Below, piece after piece: positions 61,867 to 64,000 of a DNA stretch of 64,000 nucleotides. The notes under the pieces are model-generated. The model saw nothing but the letters and a program-made list of their open reading frames with translations. It was not told the DNA's origin and did no database searches. Every line of letters begins with the position of its first letter. Position 1 is the first letter of the stretch. The DNA is from Zootoca vivipara (lineage: Eukaryota). The stretch is taken from contig NC_083279.1 in assembly GCF_963506605.1 (NCBI RefSeq), positions 62,744,001 through 62,808,000 of the forward strand. Reading direction: 5' to 3'. Position numbers and translations under genes: made by a program.

Positions 61867-64000
61867 CTAGAAAAGACAGAGGAGGGGAAAGAAGGAGAGA
61901 AGTTAGTGCAGGAAAATCACTCCCTTGCCTCAGCATGAAGCCTGCTCTTATGTTATGGGATGAGGAAGACATTTGATTCAGTTTCACATTTAGAAGTGAC
62001 TTCACACTTTCCAAAACAGTACAAGAACAAACCCACAGCCATCCTGCAAAATTCGCATTATTCCGAATTTTGCAAATGAGTTTGCCAGCAAAGTAATGTG
62101 TAAAAAAATGTACCTACTGGAGTAAAGTGTGCGTAAAAAAGCATATAATAGTGAAAATAACATACAAAAATTATTCTGTTAGAGAAAACTACTACCAAAA
62201 GGGGTATATTAGGAAAGATTACGTACAAAAATATTATTAAGAGAAATTATCACTAAAATGCTGATGAATTTTCATGAGGACTTTCTTTTTTTAAAAAAAA
62301 GTTGTAAACTGATATGTAAATGTGGAGAACTGAATTTAAGATTAGAAAAATGAGAAACTAGTATGATTCATGTGTGCTTTCTCCCCTTTCTTATTTCTCA
62401 GTGAACTCTACAGGAATGGATGCAGTTCCCTTTCTGCACATCTTTAAATTGATACTGATTTAAAATAGGTAAATGGTAGATATATGCAATAGCTGCAGGA
62501 AGCACTGCTTCATGGGAAAAGTAGTAACTATACATATTACATTGTTTAGCTTCATGCATGCATATGTCTCTTAATGAAGCAAGACAAAAATAATCATTTT
62601 GGCCTAGACTTTCAGTATATATGGACTATTCCTTTTGAGACTTTATTATAGGTAGCAGCCATAAATTCTGCATTGAGCCTGCATAGATTGCTTCAAGTTG
62701 ACATGGAAACAACCTGCCTCAGCAGTGCTTTACAGAAAGGAAAGGCTTGACATTGTAAAACAGTGCTGTCTGCGTACTCCACATTTGTGTTAGTAGCAAC
62801 TTGGGTCATCCCAACCTTGATTGCCTCTGGTACTTTTAGAGACACCTGGGGGGGAAAACCCAGAGATGCAGGGAGTTGGGGATAAAGTCTCTTAAAGAAA
62901 ACTGATATTCCTAAATTTAGCATTGTAATCTGGATTTTTTGTTGTTGCAGCTAAAATGGAAAATGCAAAGAGCTGAATGATTTTCACCATTGATCCTGGC
63001 TCTTGTGAATACCCCAGCAATACAAAACATTGGCCCAATTTCAACAAAAACATAATTTTATCAGCATGGTAAGTGGTAACCTGTACAGAGTTTAACATTT
63101 TCACCTTCTACATTTATGCATCTATATTTTGTTACAGCTCTTGATTAAATGGTTGCAATTGAACATTTTCATATCCAATTCAAGAGCCACCTCATTAGCA
63201 TGATTAGATATCATCCTGAGACCTGCAGGTTTCTTAATTGGTCAAAACGTTAATCTCCACAAGGAGCCATCCCAGTGTCAAAATAATGCACAAAATTAGT
63301 GTGGATGACCTACAGTAGGATGTTCAGATAGAAATGTGTATGGATTAAGTTTCTTGGCACTCAGAAGCTCCACAAGTGCACCATGAAATGGCAAGAAAAT
63401 GACAGTCATCTTGAATACAATGTTATGTTGCAACTTGCTCTTAGTAGACTTACACTGCAATCCTAATGCATCTTCATTTAGCAGTGCTATTGGATTCAAT
63501 GGGATTTAATCCCAGGTAATTGGATTACAATCCAAATACTGTAGTCATTTTGCTCTACTGTATTTATTTAGAATCCATTCATGAGAAAGGGCAATATTTT
63601 ATCTTCAGAAAGTTATAGGCCACTGGCTACAGGATTCTGGATACAAACTCTGTCTCCACATCAGTCAGCGAGTTCTGCATTAAGCAAAATTTAGACTAAT
63701 ATCACCAACTGGAATTAAATTATTTCCTACTTCTAGTTTTCCCCATTGAATAAAAAAGAGGGCTATACTTATTAAGACTACAGTGTATGTTTCTGGTCCC
63801 CTAACTATTGGCTATTGTCAAAGCAACAATAAAAGCACTGTAAAGTCTAGTAATGCTTTGCTACCTGTTACATTTCATCAAAGCTGCTGTTATATCACCA
63901 CTGTAACATCATCAATCATGAGTGGCTCTTGGAGCCATAGTGGAACATGAAACTGATTCTGCAGATAATGCGCTCACATTTCCTTATAACAATAATTGTT

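Overview
Vertebrate genomic DNA, most likely a lacertid-type lizard, judged from the Sauria SINE, Bov-B RTE, and squamate L2/CR1 tails and MITE families. Three spliced genes lie on the minus strand; I reconstructed them by hand from GT-AG sites and reading phase. (1) ILDR2: the 3' seven coding exons (61866-48979); its 5' Ig exons are beyond the window. (2) 'Gene B' (41041-28396, 7 exons, 369 aa): an unusual CD2/SLAM-family-like type I receptor with two tandem-duplicated IgV exons, no C2 domain, and a Tyr-containing tail. (3) 'Gene A' (23582-14247, candidate last exon at 8140): a CD2-like V+C2 receptor with the CD2 transmembrane CGGG motif but a Cys-rich, Trp-less V domain and no proline-rich tail. 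The two receptor genes are bracketed by convergent CTCF-like motifs and have a RUNX/ETS motif cluster downstream. Also present: a near-full-length RTE-X-like LINE (8.5-14 kb), a 5'-truncated Bov-B with TSD and templated junction filler, a decayed C2H2 zinc-finger array, a DIRS-like RT relic, many hAT and Tc1/mariner MITEs (two inserted at or next to splice donors), a 200-bp hairpin, an inverted copy of gene B's last exon, microsatellites and three assembly gaps. All calls are by eye; no database searches were run.
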